64,000 bases of DNA from Felis catus (GCF_018350175.1 NC_058368.1:149484001-149548000), one strand, 5' to 3'; positions 34,691-48,783 are shown, numbered from the stretch's first letter. Notes: generated by a model not told the origin, from the letters alone. Made by a program: numbers and translations.

Positions 34691-36574
34691 ATCAAGACTA
34701 CCTCGCTTGAAATGTACTGAATTTTAGTCTCCCCAACAGAGATGCTCTAGAAAGTATTACCTCAGTGAGGGCAAGGTTGGATTGCATGATATCTAAAGTC
34801 CCTTCTGGTTGCAAGCATCTATGGTAGATTGAATTTTAAAGGAACATGCAAGGAGAATGGGAGTGTATTTGTATTAATATTGCATCTGTGGAACATAGTT
34901 TTGGAAGCACCTTTGTATTCCCTATGGTATATTTAAATACAGCCAAATCTATTCCATAGAATGTATATAAATGCTTGTCTGCATTCTTTTAGTTATATAA
35001 CAGAATGAAAGAACAATGTTTAATGAAAAAAAGCAACAATAATGATGAAATACCATCACCATAATGCAATGAGAAATACAGTCAGCCCCTTTTATACACA
35101 CATCAATCAAGGCAGAACCAGAAATGGATATACAGCCTTGTTCGGATGTATCTTACAGAATTGCTTTAGAACACTGAGGCATAAAGCTCTTAGCTTAATG
35201 AGTTGGTAACATTTTGCAGATTTGCTTAAAACACATTGCTTTCCAGACTGTGTCAACAGACTCCAACAGTTCTTGCCAACACACTCATCCTAAACAATTA
35301 CATTAAGATCCATAAGGCCGTGTTTACAGTTCTGAGAAGCAAATGTATTGTTAATGGGCCATAAACTATCCTCTGACTCAATGGTTTGGCTTTTTGAAAT
35401 TTGTGTAATAGTCAACGGAAAATTTCCAACATCTACTTGGCATGGAAATGGAATTAGCTTCAGGGATATAAAACTGAATGCTGAGAAGCATCCTTTCCAC
35501 ACATTTCCAATCTGATGTGCTTTTTATATAGAATAAAACAAGTGACACAAAATTTTGAAGGGGGATCATTGTTTTAGTTTAGAATCGTTTTATATGTAAT
35601 AAGAAAAAGTAAATAATCATGATGAACCATAAAAAAGTCCTGTGTGTATAATATCCTCAATTTTCTCTCAAATCGTCTTTCAAATCTCTTGTGAAATAGC
35701 TGCATCAGTGAGTCACAAATAGTCTGTGAACAGACATTCTCTGCAGCTTCATGCTTGTCACGCCTGTTGTCTTTTCCTGCTTGCCAAAACCCCAGTCGTT
35801 TCAATCTACCGTTTTTATTTTCCTATAAAATTCTACGACTGCCTCTCATACCTCTTTTCCATCTTCTTCTCTTCCTTGCCACTTTCTTTTCTTTTTCTAT
35901 TTCTGCCCCATTCCCTTCTCACTCCAGGCATCCTTCTTGTTTTAGGCTAATGTTTCTCGTTTCTTTTTTCCAGATGGTTCCACATTCTCTGGCTGATAAT
36001 TTCCATTCGTCTCAATGTATTTTTTAAATTAACCAAATCATGCTTTGCAAGCTTTACTCCCTGTGTGGTTTTATTCTCTCAATGCCAGGCTTCTTCCCAT
36101 CTTTGTAATCTTTCAATGAATCAGTCATTTAACATTTATATATTTGTATATGCTATATTTTTATATATTAATCTGCCACTTTGAGCAAGGAATTATTCTG
36201 GGTACTGTACAAATACCAAGATATCTGGATTTGAGCATCAAAGAGTTTCGCAATGCTAAGAAGAGCTATGTTGTAAGAATATCCTTGGTATAAATAAATG
36301 CTCTTCCCTTTTGGGGTCTTTTAGCTGACAGGTGGCAAATACAGAGGAAAAACTTTTGTCTCTCTCCCTTTAGGAGCACCTCAAAAGTTTTGAAGGAAGG
36401 GAAAGTAGGCTTTGATCTTTTTGCTGCTGTGTGTGTTCCTATTGCAAAATAGTGATGGAGAGGATGTGGCATTGAAGGCGGTGAGGTCGACAAAGCAGCC
36501 CCAGTACCAGCCTTCACACACGGTCCTGGTCCCTGGCATACTGCGCGTCCTGCGTCTGCTACTACTAAAGGCAA

Positions 36575-36820
36575 TGATAACAACAGCTGATACCTAGTCT
36601 CTGCATATTATGTTTTAGGCCCTATTCCGAGCCTGCTATTAGCAGTCTCTCATTTATACATCAACTTTTAAAGGTAAGGCCAATAAATTCCCTCCACTTG
36701 ATGGATTAAGACAACTAGGCTTAAAAGATTAAGTCACGTTTTCAAGTGATGTAGTCAGTAGTGGTTTCAGACTTCACATCCAGCCAATCTGAGTCTGGAA
36801 TCCACAGTCTTACCCACAAA
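36575..36820 (-). mobile_element. MIR
   Basis: 'aacaacagctgatacc', 'aaagattaagtcacgttttcaag', 'tctgagtctggaatccacagtcttacccac'. Confidence 0.65.
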
Positions 36821-37228
36821 ATCAAATAATGAGACATAGGGAATTTCCTGTATCCTCTATCCTCTCTTTTATCTTGCATCGTGTATTCCTTCCTGCCATA
36901 AGGTCACTTTCCCAAAAGGCCTACACAGATTAACCCACTTAAAATTGCAGCACTCGTGACCACTAAAATTTTTGCTTCCTTACTCTGATTCATTAGGACC
37001 CTGAATGAATCACTTACGCTCTGGGCACCTCAAGCCACAACCTTCTCATTGGAAACTTTCTCTAGGCTGATCCTGGGTGAGTTACAATGTCTTCAGAGTT
37101 TCAGGTCTCTATGACACCTGCACCATGTGAATCTGCTACTGGAACTATATAGATTGGACTGTTGAACCGGTGGTTAATCTTCATGTGCAAATGACACAAT
37201 ATAAACTTCATAAAAGGATGGGTGACCT

Positions 37229-37383
37229 GGGGCGCCTATGTGGCTTAGACAGTTAAGCATTCAGCTTTGACTCAGGTTATGATCTCATGGTTTGTGGGTT
37301 TGAGCCTTGCTTGGGATTCTCTCTCCCTCTCACTCTGCCCCCTTCCCTACTTGCCATCTCAAAATAAATAATATTTTTTTTAA
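37229..37383 (+). mobile_element. Can-SINE with internal deletion
   Basis: Perfect 17-bp TSD aaaaggatgggtgacct at 37212-37228 and 37384-37400. Confidence 0.93.
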
Positions 37384-37589
37384 AAAAGGATGGGTGACCT
37401 ATAACAAAAAATCTTGCGTCCTGTGCTCAGACATACAAACTCTGTTCTGGGTTGATTTTTGTAACTTTCTAAGAGAAAAATTACATTATTTATCCATCAT
37501 ATGGAAACACCATTTACCTCAAACAAGAAATCCTGACTTTGGATAATAAGATGATGGTATTTTTATAGTATTTGTACTACCTATGGAAC

Positions 37590-37780
37590 TATTATAGTAG
37601 AATATTACTCTGGGAATCAAATGCCTGTGTTCTATAACTTTTGTGCCAAAGACTTGTGTGACCTAGGACAAGTCATTTTTTTCTTACGTGATCTTCAGAT
37701 TTCTCTTCTGTAATGTAGGTAACTCAACTAGATGATATCTCTAAGCTCCTTGTGAATTCTCACATTTTTTGATTATCTGA
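37590..37780 (+). mobile_element. MIR/MIR3
   Basis: 'ttgtgtgacctaggacaagtcatt..cagatttctcttctgtaa..actagatgatatctctaagctcctt'. Confidence 0.7.
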
Positions 37781-37863
37781 AATTCTCAGAGAAAGTAAAA
37801 TTCAGTGGTCCTGATAATTGTGTAGGGTTTCAATATTCATGCAGCTGTGGGTGAATTATCAGT

Positions 37864-37984
37864 AGGGTGACTACATATTCTTTTCTCAGCATAGTCCTAA
37901 TTTGCAACATCCTTCCATAATTATAAATATCACCTCCTTTCTAAAGCTTGTATTATCTTTATTATTATTCATTAACTTTCACCT
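37864..37984 (+). mobile_element. MER94-like hAT element
   Basis: Starts agggtga, ends tcacct; internal 'agtcctaatttgc..taattataaatatcacctccttt'. Confidence 0.5.
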
Positions 37985-38039
37985 TGTGATAATGTCCTCC
38001 AAGGTTTGAAAGTTACTTTTTAATATCATGCTTGTCCAG

Positions 38040-39700
38040 TTTTTTGAAGTATAATTGATATATAGCACTCTATAGGTTTATTGTTTATGTTTTTCTTTTC
38101 TTCTGTTTTTACTTAAATTCCAGTTACTTAACATACAGTGTAATGTTAGTTTCAGATGTACAATGTAGTGATTCAGCACTGCCATGTACTACCTGTGCTC
38201 CTCACAAGTGGACTGCTTAATCCCCATCACTTGTTTCACCATCCCCCCCCCCCACCCATTCAGTAACCATCAGTTTGTTCTCTTTAGTTAAGTCTGTTTC
38301 TTGATTTGCCTCCCTCTCTCTTTTTACTTTCTCTTGGCTCATTTCTTTCTTAAACTTCCATACATGACTTAAATCCTATAGTATTTGTCTTTTTCTCACT
38401 GACTTATTTCACTTAGCATAATAGTCTCTAGTTCTGTCCATGTCATTGTAAATGGCAAGATTTCATTCTTTTTTATGACTGAGTAATATTCCATTATATA
38501 TGTACACCATGACTTCTTTATCCATTCATCAGTCAGTGGACACTTGGGCTGTTTCCATAATTTAGCTATTGTAGATCATGGTGCTATAAACACTGGGGTG
38601 TGTGTTTATCCCACTGTATAAATCTAAAGTGTACAGCAGAATGACTTGACTTACATAAACTGTGAAATGATTCCAACATGTTTAGGTTACACACATCACC
38701 TCTATAGTTAAAAAAAAAATGTTTCTACCTTGTGATGAGAACTTTTAGGTTCTACTCTTTTAATACTGCTCGCATGGTATATGTGAAAGTTGCTAACTAT
38801 AGTCACCATATTGTACATTATAGCCTCAGTGTGCATTTATATTATAACTCCAAGTTTGTACCTTTTGGTTACCTTTGTCCAGTTCCCCCTCCCACCACTC
38901 CCTGTTTTTGGTAACCATAAATCTGATCTCTTTTTCTATGAGTTTGTTTTTTGTTTTTAGATTCTACATATAAGTGAAATCATATAGTATTTGTGCTTCT
39001 CTTTCTGACTAATTATACTTTGCGTAATGCCCTCCATCTATGTTGTGATAAATGGCAGGACTTTCTTTTTGTTTATGACTGAACAGTATTTCTAGTATAG
39101 GTGTGTGTGTATCCACTTATCTGTTGATAGACTTTTAGGTTGTTTTTGTGTCTTATCTATTATAAATAATGCTGCACTGATCATGGGGATTCAGATATGC
39201 CTTTGAGATAGTGACATTTCCATTGAATATATACCCAGCAGTAGAATTTCTGGATCATACGGCATTCTATTTTTTTTTTTTTTTGAGGAGCTTCCACACT
39301 GTTTTTCATAATGACTGTACCAATGTACATTCCCACCAACAGTGTACAAGGATTCCTGTTCTTCACATCCTCACCAGCATTTATCTCTTTTCTTTTTGAC
39401 AATTGTCATTCTAACAGGTGTGGGGTGATATCTCACTGTGGTTTGATTTGCTTTTCTTTAATGATTAACGACTCTAAGCAAATTTTCATGTACATCTTGG
39501 CCATTTGAATATCTTCCTTGGAAAAATGTCTATTCAGGTCCTTTGCCTGATTTTAAACTGGATTGTTTTTTTGTTTTGTTTTGTTATTGAGTAATATGAG
39601 CTTTTTATATATTTTGGATATTAACACCTTATTATATGCATATTTTGCAATATTTTCTTCCATCCCAAAGTTTGCCTTTTCATTTTGATCATTTCTTCAA
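38040..39700 (-). mobile_element. Older L1 (L1MA9/L1_Carn-like) 3' portion hosting a nested younger L1
   Basis: ORF2 text at 39180-39680 ('ttcccaccaacagtgtacaagg', 'ctcactgtggtttgatttgc'); 3'UTR 38613-39000; tail 38040-38080. Confidence 0.9.
38081..38611 (-). mobile_element. Nested carnivore L1 3' end
   Basis: Second independent 3'UTR ('aacatacagtgtaatgttagtttcagatgtaca'); degenerate TSD cactctataggttta / cactgtataaatcta. Confidence 0.85.
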
Positions 39701-42700
39701 GTGTATAATCATTTTTAAGGTACTAACAGTAAAATTATGGGTTCCATTTTCTTTTCTACATTTTCTTTTAATATTATAATGCTCATAATCTTATATTTTG
39801 ATACAGGTTTCAATTTTATCTCCTCTCCTTCTACTGGGATCATACATGTGCTTGTTAATTTTTTTTCACTTCATCCAAACATAGTTCTAATTTATTTGTG
39901 TGTATGTGTGTTGATATTCTTACATACTGTGCTTTTATTTTTCTAAAATTGATCCCCAGATATTAGATCAATGTATCAAAGTATATGTGGATTTTTAATT
40001 TGAATGTCTATGTTATTTTACTTTCCCCAAAGCCATTAAAACTCACATTCTTATAAGGATTGTGTGAGAGCTGCACTGCTTTTTGAAATTGGTTTTCTAT
40101 ACTAACTGTGGTAATGAGTATCACATATAAACAATTGAAAAAGCAGCTGGAGGCATTTTCAGATTCAGATGGGCTTAAACTCTTTACTTCTAATGATAGT
40201 GATCATGATAAAACTTGCCTATAAATTTCCATGGCTCAACACCTATGAGCTCATGAGGGGGCTAAGATTCTCTTTGTTTTCATGCCTCCTCTCAACCATG
40301 AGCCCAGACGTATAAGCTCTGCATTTCTGTTCTCACTCATATTTCCCTAGGACTATGGCTTGAACTCAATAACCAGAAGGACTGGACAGAAAAGACAGAG
40401 AATCAAGGAACATATGAATAAAACCTGTAAAAGTGAGGATTTATATGGCTTAGTTCTAAAACGGTACCCAATTTACACAAATCCTCTCCCTCCCCTGCAA
40501 TAAATCTAAAAAGCAGTCCTATTCTTTATTTGTGTCTCTCAGAGAATATTAAAGAAAATGCAATTCATGATCAAGCATGGCAACATTTCCTACGTCTTTT
40601 CTCTCTTTTATCTCCTTTTATCTCCTTTCCTGCTCTGGAGAACTCCACATTCTTCACATTTCATCATTTCCCAAAATGTTTTATCAAACTCCCCCCTTAT
40701 CCTGATTTCCCACATTCCCACTCTTTCTGCCTCTTTTTCTTTCTCTTGGTTTTTTTATTTTGTACATTAATTTATTTGTCAAGCCTTTTCTCTTATCCCT
40801 ACCTGTAATCATTGTTTGCTCTTATTTAACATTTAGTAAGTTGCAGGCTCTTTTCTATAAACTTTACTATATTAACCCATTTATTTATCCAAATAACACC
40901 AAAGGATAAATTCCATTATAAACCCTCGTCAAAGCTATAGAGAGGTTAAGTAATTTCCCAGGTTTCCAAATGTGGTTAGTGACAGATCCAGACCCTAAGG
41001 CAGAAAGTCTGACACCAGGGTCCATGTAATTAACCAGTCTTTTCTTCTCCATCCCTAGCCCAATCTTCCTCTCTGCAGGTTCATCAGGATTCCCTTTGAT
41101 GATTCAGATAAGGGAGGATGTTAATAAATGTTATCCTGTCACAGTCACATAAATAACTTGAGTGACTGTAGATGAGATTGTTAATTGGTTTCCAGTGGTA
41201 GCCATATATAAATATTTCTTTCACTTGGATTGGCTATCTTCCTAGTCTCAGTATTCAAAATTCATTAAATTTGATCTCCACATTGAAAGGCCTAGGATGT
41301 CAAAGGAGAATTTCTATGGTCCTGGCACTCAAAGAAATTACCATGTAGTAAGGGGGATAAAAGATTAACACCTTTCAAATAATTAAAGGACAATAAGATG
41401 CATATAAGTTCTTCTTAATTCTCCAATTATTCCTCCATAAAATCCATTCACTTTCTTCTCTCCAACCTTATTATTTCCTACAATTTGGTGGTCTTATACA
41501 TTCTTATATTTCCAACATTACTTTGTTATGAATTACTGAGAAATTCACCTTATCCTTTTACTTATTTTTAAGCCAAAATTGAGAAAATATGTCTCTTAGG
41601 ATCTCTCTTGGACTAGCATGTATAGAAAATATACTCCAAAAGGACAGTATGTGCATATGCTAGCAGTCCCCAAATATATTCTGTTATATAAGAATATAAC
41701 TCAAAGGAAAGAGATGATGATTCTTATTATTAATCATTGATTTTTGTTCATTTTTTCTCAAGTAAGCCAAATCAGTGTTTGAGTTTCCTAATGATAAGAT
41801 AGTTATTTAATGTGAAAGGTGCCATAAGAAATTGGTAAGTACAGATGCTAAATAGATGTTAAGTATTATTATACTATAAAGAAAATGGAAAAAGCAAGCT
41901 AAAATTTTAGACAATAAGCAACATCAAAAATATTACAACTGTGATATGAAGCCAGGATAAGAATTTTCTGAAGCATCATACCTAACTAAGTACTTATTGG
42001 ATGTGTTATAATAGTAAGTTAAGAAGAGAATTGCTAGTAGGGTTTTATCAAAAACAGAATGAAGATAAGATAGTAGGGACAAATAAGTGAAAATGGACAA
42101 CAGACAAGTAGTATAAAGTAACACTGTTTACTGGCCATCCAAAGAGCCAAAGGCAGGAAATGACTGTTGCCATGTTCCAGTAGCAATTTGAAGGAAAGGA
42201 TGCCTTTGGAAGCAACACAACAACAACAATACAAACAACCTATATAGGTTGTTACTTTGATTCTTAATAATCAAGCATCATCATGGATGGATTTATATGG
42301 ATAATATAAAGAGCTAATTTTGCGTATACACTGTCCAACCACTCCAGTTGGGAAAGGGAATGGTTGAGTGGTAGTCTAGGCCAAAAAAAAAGGGTCACTG
42401 TTTATATGCTGTGCACTCTGAAAGTGTATGATAAGTTTAGAAGAAGCAAAGTGCTCAGATCTATTTTCAGCAAGTATAATGTCAGTCCCTAGGCTAAAGT
42501 TTTACAAGTTTATATGAGAACAGCTTTCACCCACTTTTATGAATCTTTTGAGAAATAGGTGAGGTAATTTAGAGCAAGATACAACTTTCTAATTCAGAAA
42601 AAAACTAATTTACATCTTGTTTTAAAAAAGAATTTATTTTTAATTATGTATGATTATTAAAAATCATAAAAATATTTCCTACCTGATAAGACCTACCAGG

Positions 42701-42855
42701 GATCAATTGACATAATACAAATAAACAGTTTAGTAAGTGTTAGTTTTTCATTACATTACTAAATAATTTTTACCCCTTAGTTTTCCCCCTTAGTATATTT
42801 TCTCTTTATGTAGTATATTTCTCTTTATATAGTGTGTGTGTGTGTGTGTGTGTGT

Positions 42856-43051
42856 ATTTTTTTTCTTTTTGAGAGACAGAGAGAGACAGTGTGAGTGGGG
42901 GCAGAGAGAGAGGGAGTCACAGAATCTGAAGCAGGCTCCAGGCTCTGAGCTGTCAGCATAGAGCCCCACACGAAGCAAAAAGTCACGAACTATGAGATCA
43001 TGACCTGAGCCAAAGTCTGACGCTTAACTGACTGAGCCACCCAGGTGCCCC
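42856..43051 (-). mobile_element. Can-SINE (SINEC_Fc-like) preceded by (TG)n at 42832-42855
   Basis: 'cagaatctgaagcaggctccaggctctgagctgtcagca..ccacccaggtgcccc'. Confidence 0.95.
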
Positions 43052-43189
43052 GTGTATATTTTACTTTTGTTTTATCTTTTTGTCATTGACCATTCTATAT
43101 TCTTTTGATAATAATTCCCTAAATTTTTTATAAGTGGGATAATAAGCCTTCTCAACCAGATACAGGGTAGAAGAGACCCAAAAATAAAT

Positions 43190-43565
43190 AGATAATAGTT
43201 TTCATGCCCCATCTACTGTAATTGTTTGAGGATAGGCCTTGTGACTAAAACCAAAAATAATCAGAACACTGATAGTTTGTCTTAGACTTTTGCTAGAGTG
43301 GGAAAGGGGATTCATTGAATTTGAATCTGGGAGAATGTAGGGCTAAGCTTTTGTGATGACCATACTACCATCCAGGGACCACATATTTGAGATTGAAGCC
43401 AACACAGATGAAGCAAAGCCAAAAATAAATAGAGAATTTAGGTGATAGTGGGTACCTGAAGCCTCTGAATCAAGGTGCATTATTAGACTATTCAGGCACA
43501 TTAATAACTTCCTTTTGCTTATGCCAACTTTGACTATGTTTCCTCATACTTGTAACCAAGATTTC
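43190..43565 (+). mobile_element. Old MaLR LTR (MLT1K/L-like)
   Basis: 'gtaattgtttgaggataggccttgtgact', 'gaagccaacacagatgaagcaaagcc', end 'catacttgtaaccaaga'. Confidence 0.65.
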
Positions 43566-44007
43566 TCTTTCCCTTTCTCTCCTTTCATATGTCTAGATGA
43601 GAGAACTATACCAGACCCTCCCTTTGTCCTGCCCCCTATAATCTGAGTCCTTTAGTGAGAGGATTTGCAAGAATATGTAAACCAAAAATACAGAAAAATG
43701 TCCTCCCCTACATTTTTCCAGCTGGAAAGATGTAGGAATTCTGATATTTCTTTACAACTAGTCAATGTATTAAGTGGTCCAAATGTCAAAACCAAGTAAC
43801 AGAACAAATACATTGGCTTTTTGAAGTTATCCATTGCCATGCCTTCAGCAGGAAGGAAAAGAATTCTTTGCTACTCAAGAAATTTACAGACAGTTATAAT
43901 TAACATGAATAAATAAGCCATTCTGTTATTAGAAAGGAAAACAAAGCTCAGCAATAGAAAGATCAAGACACTCAGGTATTAACTTCTGATGTACCTTTAA
44001 ATTGTGT

Positions 44008-44039
44008 ACACACACACACACACACACACATACACACAC
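44008..44039. repeat. (CA)n microsatellite
   Basis: Directly visible. Confidence 0.95.
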
Positions 44040-44654
44040 CTATATAAACAATTATCAGGAATCAGTCAAATGCAAGTGACATTACCTCTGCATTTTTAGC
44101 TTATTTATCTTGGAATTCTGACATCAAAGGGTGGAAGTGGGCCACAGCCGGTGTCGGTTGGAAAAACAGGCATAATAGACTTGGATTGAGGCAGATGGAG
44201 GATGAAGTGAGTTAAAAACAGAGAAAGAATAGGCTGAGGGGTTATAGATGACTTGGAAATGTTCAGAATCTCAAGGGCAAGATCAAAGACAGGGGAGACA
44301 AAAATTGGGAAACTGAGGTTTCTGGTCTACTGGAACACACTGCTTCCTGTGGCAGCTCTTCAGTACACTAGAGAGCTCCCTAAACTCATAAGTACTTGAA
44401 CTACTTTCAAGTCTTTTTTTCACTAAGGTTTTTTTACCCTACAACCCAAGCAGCTGACCGACCATTTCCCTTCGAGCAAAATTTTCTGATCATTCAAGTG
44501 ATGTTACTAGTTTTGCTGAGCTCAGTTTCTATGGGTCTTGGAATAAACTTCCAGGAACTTTACATCTTGGCATCAAATCAAAGGCTCAAGAATTTGGCTC
44601 TTAGTTGTCTGTGTAGCGTGTACAAGAATTATCCTACAGCTATTATTTCATATA

Positions 44655-45110
44655 TGTGAAAAGATAAGAATGTAGAAGAATATTTTTGGAAGATTTTTTG
44701 AAATATAGAAATGCCAGGAACAATTTGCATAATCATCTATAGGGGAATAAATGTTAGTATATCTATATAAAAAACATATATAGTAATGAATATAACACAT
44801 ATACATAGACACTGATATAGGATAATTCCCAAGGTATACTATTAAGATAATTTTTAAAGTTGGAAGACATAAAAGACAAGTTTCTTGAAGAATGGTATGG
44901 GCACTATATTTCCATCTATGAAAGAATAGATTAAGTATGCTTATACATACAGAAACTATTCCTAGAAGGTCACACATACACACACACACACACACAACAA
45001 TTGGTAACACCCTCTGGCAAGAAGGTCTGTAGAACTATTAGAGTTTTTTTACCATCTGCATGTCTTATTATTCATGTTCAAAATATTGTTCATAAGTATA
45101 TTTTTAAAGG
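44655..45110 (+). mobile_element. Ancient L1 (L1ME-like) 3' region
   Basis: 'aatcatctataggggaataaatg', 'cccaaggtatactattaag', 'ttggtaacaccctctgg'; highly diverged. Confidence 0.55.
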
Positions 45111-46339
45111 AATTTTTAAAGGAATTTTAAATTTAAAGGAATAGTTACACCCTAACTATCATGCTCCTTTGTATAGATATGCGTTACTTTCTCTTAGTAC
45201 ATCCAGCAAGCCCCCCTCCCGTAAGTATAAGCCACTGAGCAAAGTTTCCTGCGGTATGCTATTTTTTTAGGGTTTTTTTTTGTCTAAAACTTAAAAAAAA
45301 TATGTTGGCTCATAGACAGCAGAGCAAATATTCAATTATTTGGAAGTCCAACTCTGTCCAAAATCCTATTTGTGACTCTTCAACATGATTAAGGGAACAC
45401 TCTCTAGCAGTTCACATGAACCTTCAAAGAATCTAGAATGTGGGAACAAACGTTACAGACATTTGTTTCAGGACAGGTCATTCTATGCTTAACAGGGTTA
45501 AGAACCTCCTTACATAGAAATCAGCTGCCAACCATTTCTCAGAATTTCATCCCACTCCAGACTACATAATGATTGCAGAATGAATAAGTATCTTGGAAAC
45601 CTAAAAGATTCTGAAAAAGAACATCTCATACATGATCTGGGGAGGAGGGGTACAAGAGAAACTTAAGTACCTATAAGTAAGAAAAAGCACTTCATTTTTA
45701 AGTATCACTTATAATAAAAGGGGGAATTCATACCTGAGAGGCCTTTCAACTACAATAAGATGCATGTAAGAAGTATTATTCAGATTTAGGTTTGAAAATA
45801 GGTTGTGAGTGACAAAAACTTTTATTTACAGAAAATTTTAATTTAAAAGGGAGAATTTCACGGTCTACTGTGAAAAGCAAGCAATGGTTTCTATTTATTG
45901 TTACACATATGGGAGAAATGGTGATTTACTAACAAGGAAATACAAAGATTACTTAACTCAGGGAACAGACATTCTAGGGGCAGAATCGAGTCAAGAAGTA
46001 CAAGACAGACTCAGATAAGAGCTACATAAAATATTCAAACCTGCCATAGGAAAACATATGACAATATAGTAATAGTATTTATCTCTGGTGGGATCATGTT
46101 ATATCTATACTTAAGTATATAATATTATATATATACTACTTTATATTTTCCAGGATTCCTACCATAATCATGTATTACTTTTAGGGAAAAATTAAATGTC
46201 TACTGTTAAAGACTATGATAGTCCAAAATGGTAACTTAGTTATAAAAAACATAACTCATGAGTATAACATGCACTACAAATTATAGTAAACATACCCGGG
46301 ATTATTATATCCCTTTGGTTTTAAACAAGAGCACACACA

Positions 46340-46562
46340 GGGGCACCTGGGTGGCTCAGTCAGTTAAGCGTCTGGCTTTGGCTCAGGTCATGATCTCGCG
46401 GTCTGTGGGTTCGAGCCCTGCGTTGGGCTCTGTGCTGACAGCTCAGAGCCTGGAGCCTGTTTCAGATTCTATGTCTCCCTCTTTCTCTGACCCTCCCCTG
46501 TTCATGCTCTCTCTCTCTCAGTCTCAAAAATAAATAAATGTTAAAAAAATCTTTTTTTAAAT
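46340..46562 (+). mobile_element. Can-SINE (SINEC_Fc-like)
   Basis: Intact B-box gggttcgagccc; TSD aaacaagagcacacac / aaacaagatcacacac. Confidence 0.97.
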
Positions 46563-47719
46563 AAACAAGATCACACACTTAAATTAAACTTTGTAATAGG
46601 TATCACTATTTAGCTTTCAGGGTAAAGGACAGCCACACTTTTCTACAAAGCTCTGCCCTCTAATGATCATCTACTCTCTCCTCTGAGTTCCCATAATACT
46701 TGTTAGCTTTACTAACCATTTGGTATTTTACATTGGCTTTTATTATACCTATTTGTGAGTGTATGTGTTTGTATGTATGTGTGAGTGGTCTTTCCACCTA
46801 TACAGTATACTCCTTGAGGATAAGGACCAAATATTATAAGTCCATGTAGCCTCTAAATGCCAGCCCAATATTTTGATCATTGTAAAATGTTAAGTAGATA
46901 TTCATTGATTAATTACATAACTTAATTAATTGGTAAAGTTGTATAATTAAACATAGAATTAACTGACCTAACAACATAAGGTTAATATGACATTAACAAC
47001 AAATTTATTGGCTAATGAGTAATGAATGTAATGTATGTCTCAATGAGTAATGAATGTCTCATCTCCCTTATCCCTCTGAATATATTGTTAGAGAGCTGGG
47101 TATGCTGGAGGGCACACTAGGGCTTATCTTGTTGGCCCTAAAATACCAGATATTAAAATTCAGCATTGTAGCAGGTATAACCATTTAGTCCCAGGATCAT
47201 ATCAAAATCCATTCTCAACCTTCCCAGGTGGACAAATAGCATTTGGTGTTTCAGAATTGTCTGACTTTCTCTACCGCATTCCATAGGCATGTTTGTAGTA
47301 CTTCCCTGAGGAAATAATGATGGAATGATCTATATCCATCTTTGCTTCTTTCCTTCTAGGTTCAAAAATAAAAGTATCCAAATGTTATCAAAGACCAGAT
47401 CCTCTATCTGGCCTTTCTATCTCAACCTTTGTAGAAAACAGTTCTTTTAAGTACGTCTCTCTTTAATCATTCTGCCATTGCTTCCTTTTCTTTGAACTTC
47501 ACACATGGACAGATCTTCCCTTTTTTTGAAAAATAGTTTGACCTTGCTAATCAGGGCCCTAAGATGCTGCATTAATTTAAACCTTTCTTTGCCATATTTC
47601 GTTGCTCGCTGTCCTCCATTTTGGTACCATTTTCTCCTTATTTCCCTTTTATCTGCAAAGTCACTGAACACAGGTATATAAGTTTATATAATAGTACCCC
47701 AGAAATGTTCAGTGCACAA

Positions 47720-48350
47720 CCAGCACAAATGCGTGTGGTGGTCTTGTTGACTTCATTCCACTTGCCTTTGCTCCACTTTTTTCTCCCCATCTTACCCCAT
47801 TTCAATTTATACTGTGTGTAGCTTGCAAACTGATTTTCCTAAAGTGTCATTCAAACCTTTCTCAAATAGGATGAGGTCTAAATGCCTAACTAGTGTTGTC
47901 AGTTATCACAACTGTCTTCCCCACTTCATTCCTGCTTTTGCACAGGGATCTTCCACTTCAGTCATATCCATCTCTCAAACAGACTTTTTTTGTATCATCG
48001 AGTATGTACCATCCCCTTGCATAGAACATCCCATCCACATCTCCACCTATGTAACTCCAGTGTATCGTTCAAAGTCTAGTTTGAACCTTCCATCTCTATG
48101 AAGCTTTAATGACTACCTGAGCTCACGAGGGTTTCTCCACTCTCTCTCTGATTCTTATACTGTTTATTACTATTTGATATGTACACACTGACTTTTCATT
48201 ATATTTATTTGTAAATGTTTATATGCTCTGTCTTTGCGTTTAACTTAAACCTCTCAAGTCAGAGACCAAATATTATTACTCTTTGTGTCTTTCAAATTGC
48301 ATAGCACAACACTTCACATATAGTGATATACTTGATAAACGTTGATATAA
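47720..48350 (+). mobile_element. L2 3' region
   Basis: 'ataggatgaggtctaaatgcct', 'catctctatgaagcttt', 'gcatagcacaacacttcacatatagtg..gataaacgttga'. Confidence 0.6.
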
Positions 48351-48664
48351 TATGATCTCTATAATTATAGGTTCTTATAATTATGCCTACTATAAAACCT
48401 TATTTTGGTGTTTTGGCATAAATACATATTAGTTCATTTATTAGGAGAGGCTTTTTGTTGGTTTTGTGTTGTGCATATATAAGCTTATACACACAAGCTC
48501 ACCCTTCAAGTTACATAGTTACAGCAACCATTTCCAAAATTGATATTCTGGATATGTTAGTAGCTGTGTCACTACTACCATTAGAAGTAACAATAATTAA
48601 ACATAATTGAGAAATATGCTTCACCTAATCTTGCTCCTAGAGAATCACAGTGCATATCAGGTTC

Positions 48665-48731
48665 AGTTTTTTGGGTTTTTTTTTTTTTGCTTTTGCTTTT
48701 CATTTGAGAAAGCACGCAAGCAGGGGGGAGG

Positions 48732-48783
<52 letters not shown>

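Noticed and set aside
44648..45010. 120-aa minus-strand ORF
   Set aside because: Antisense to an old L1 fragment and a (CA)n tract; low-complexity composition
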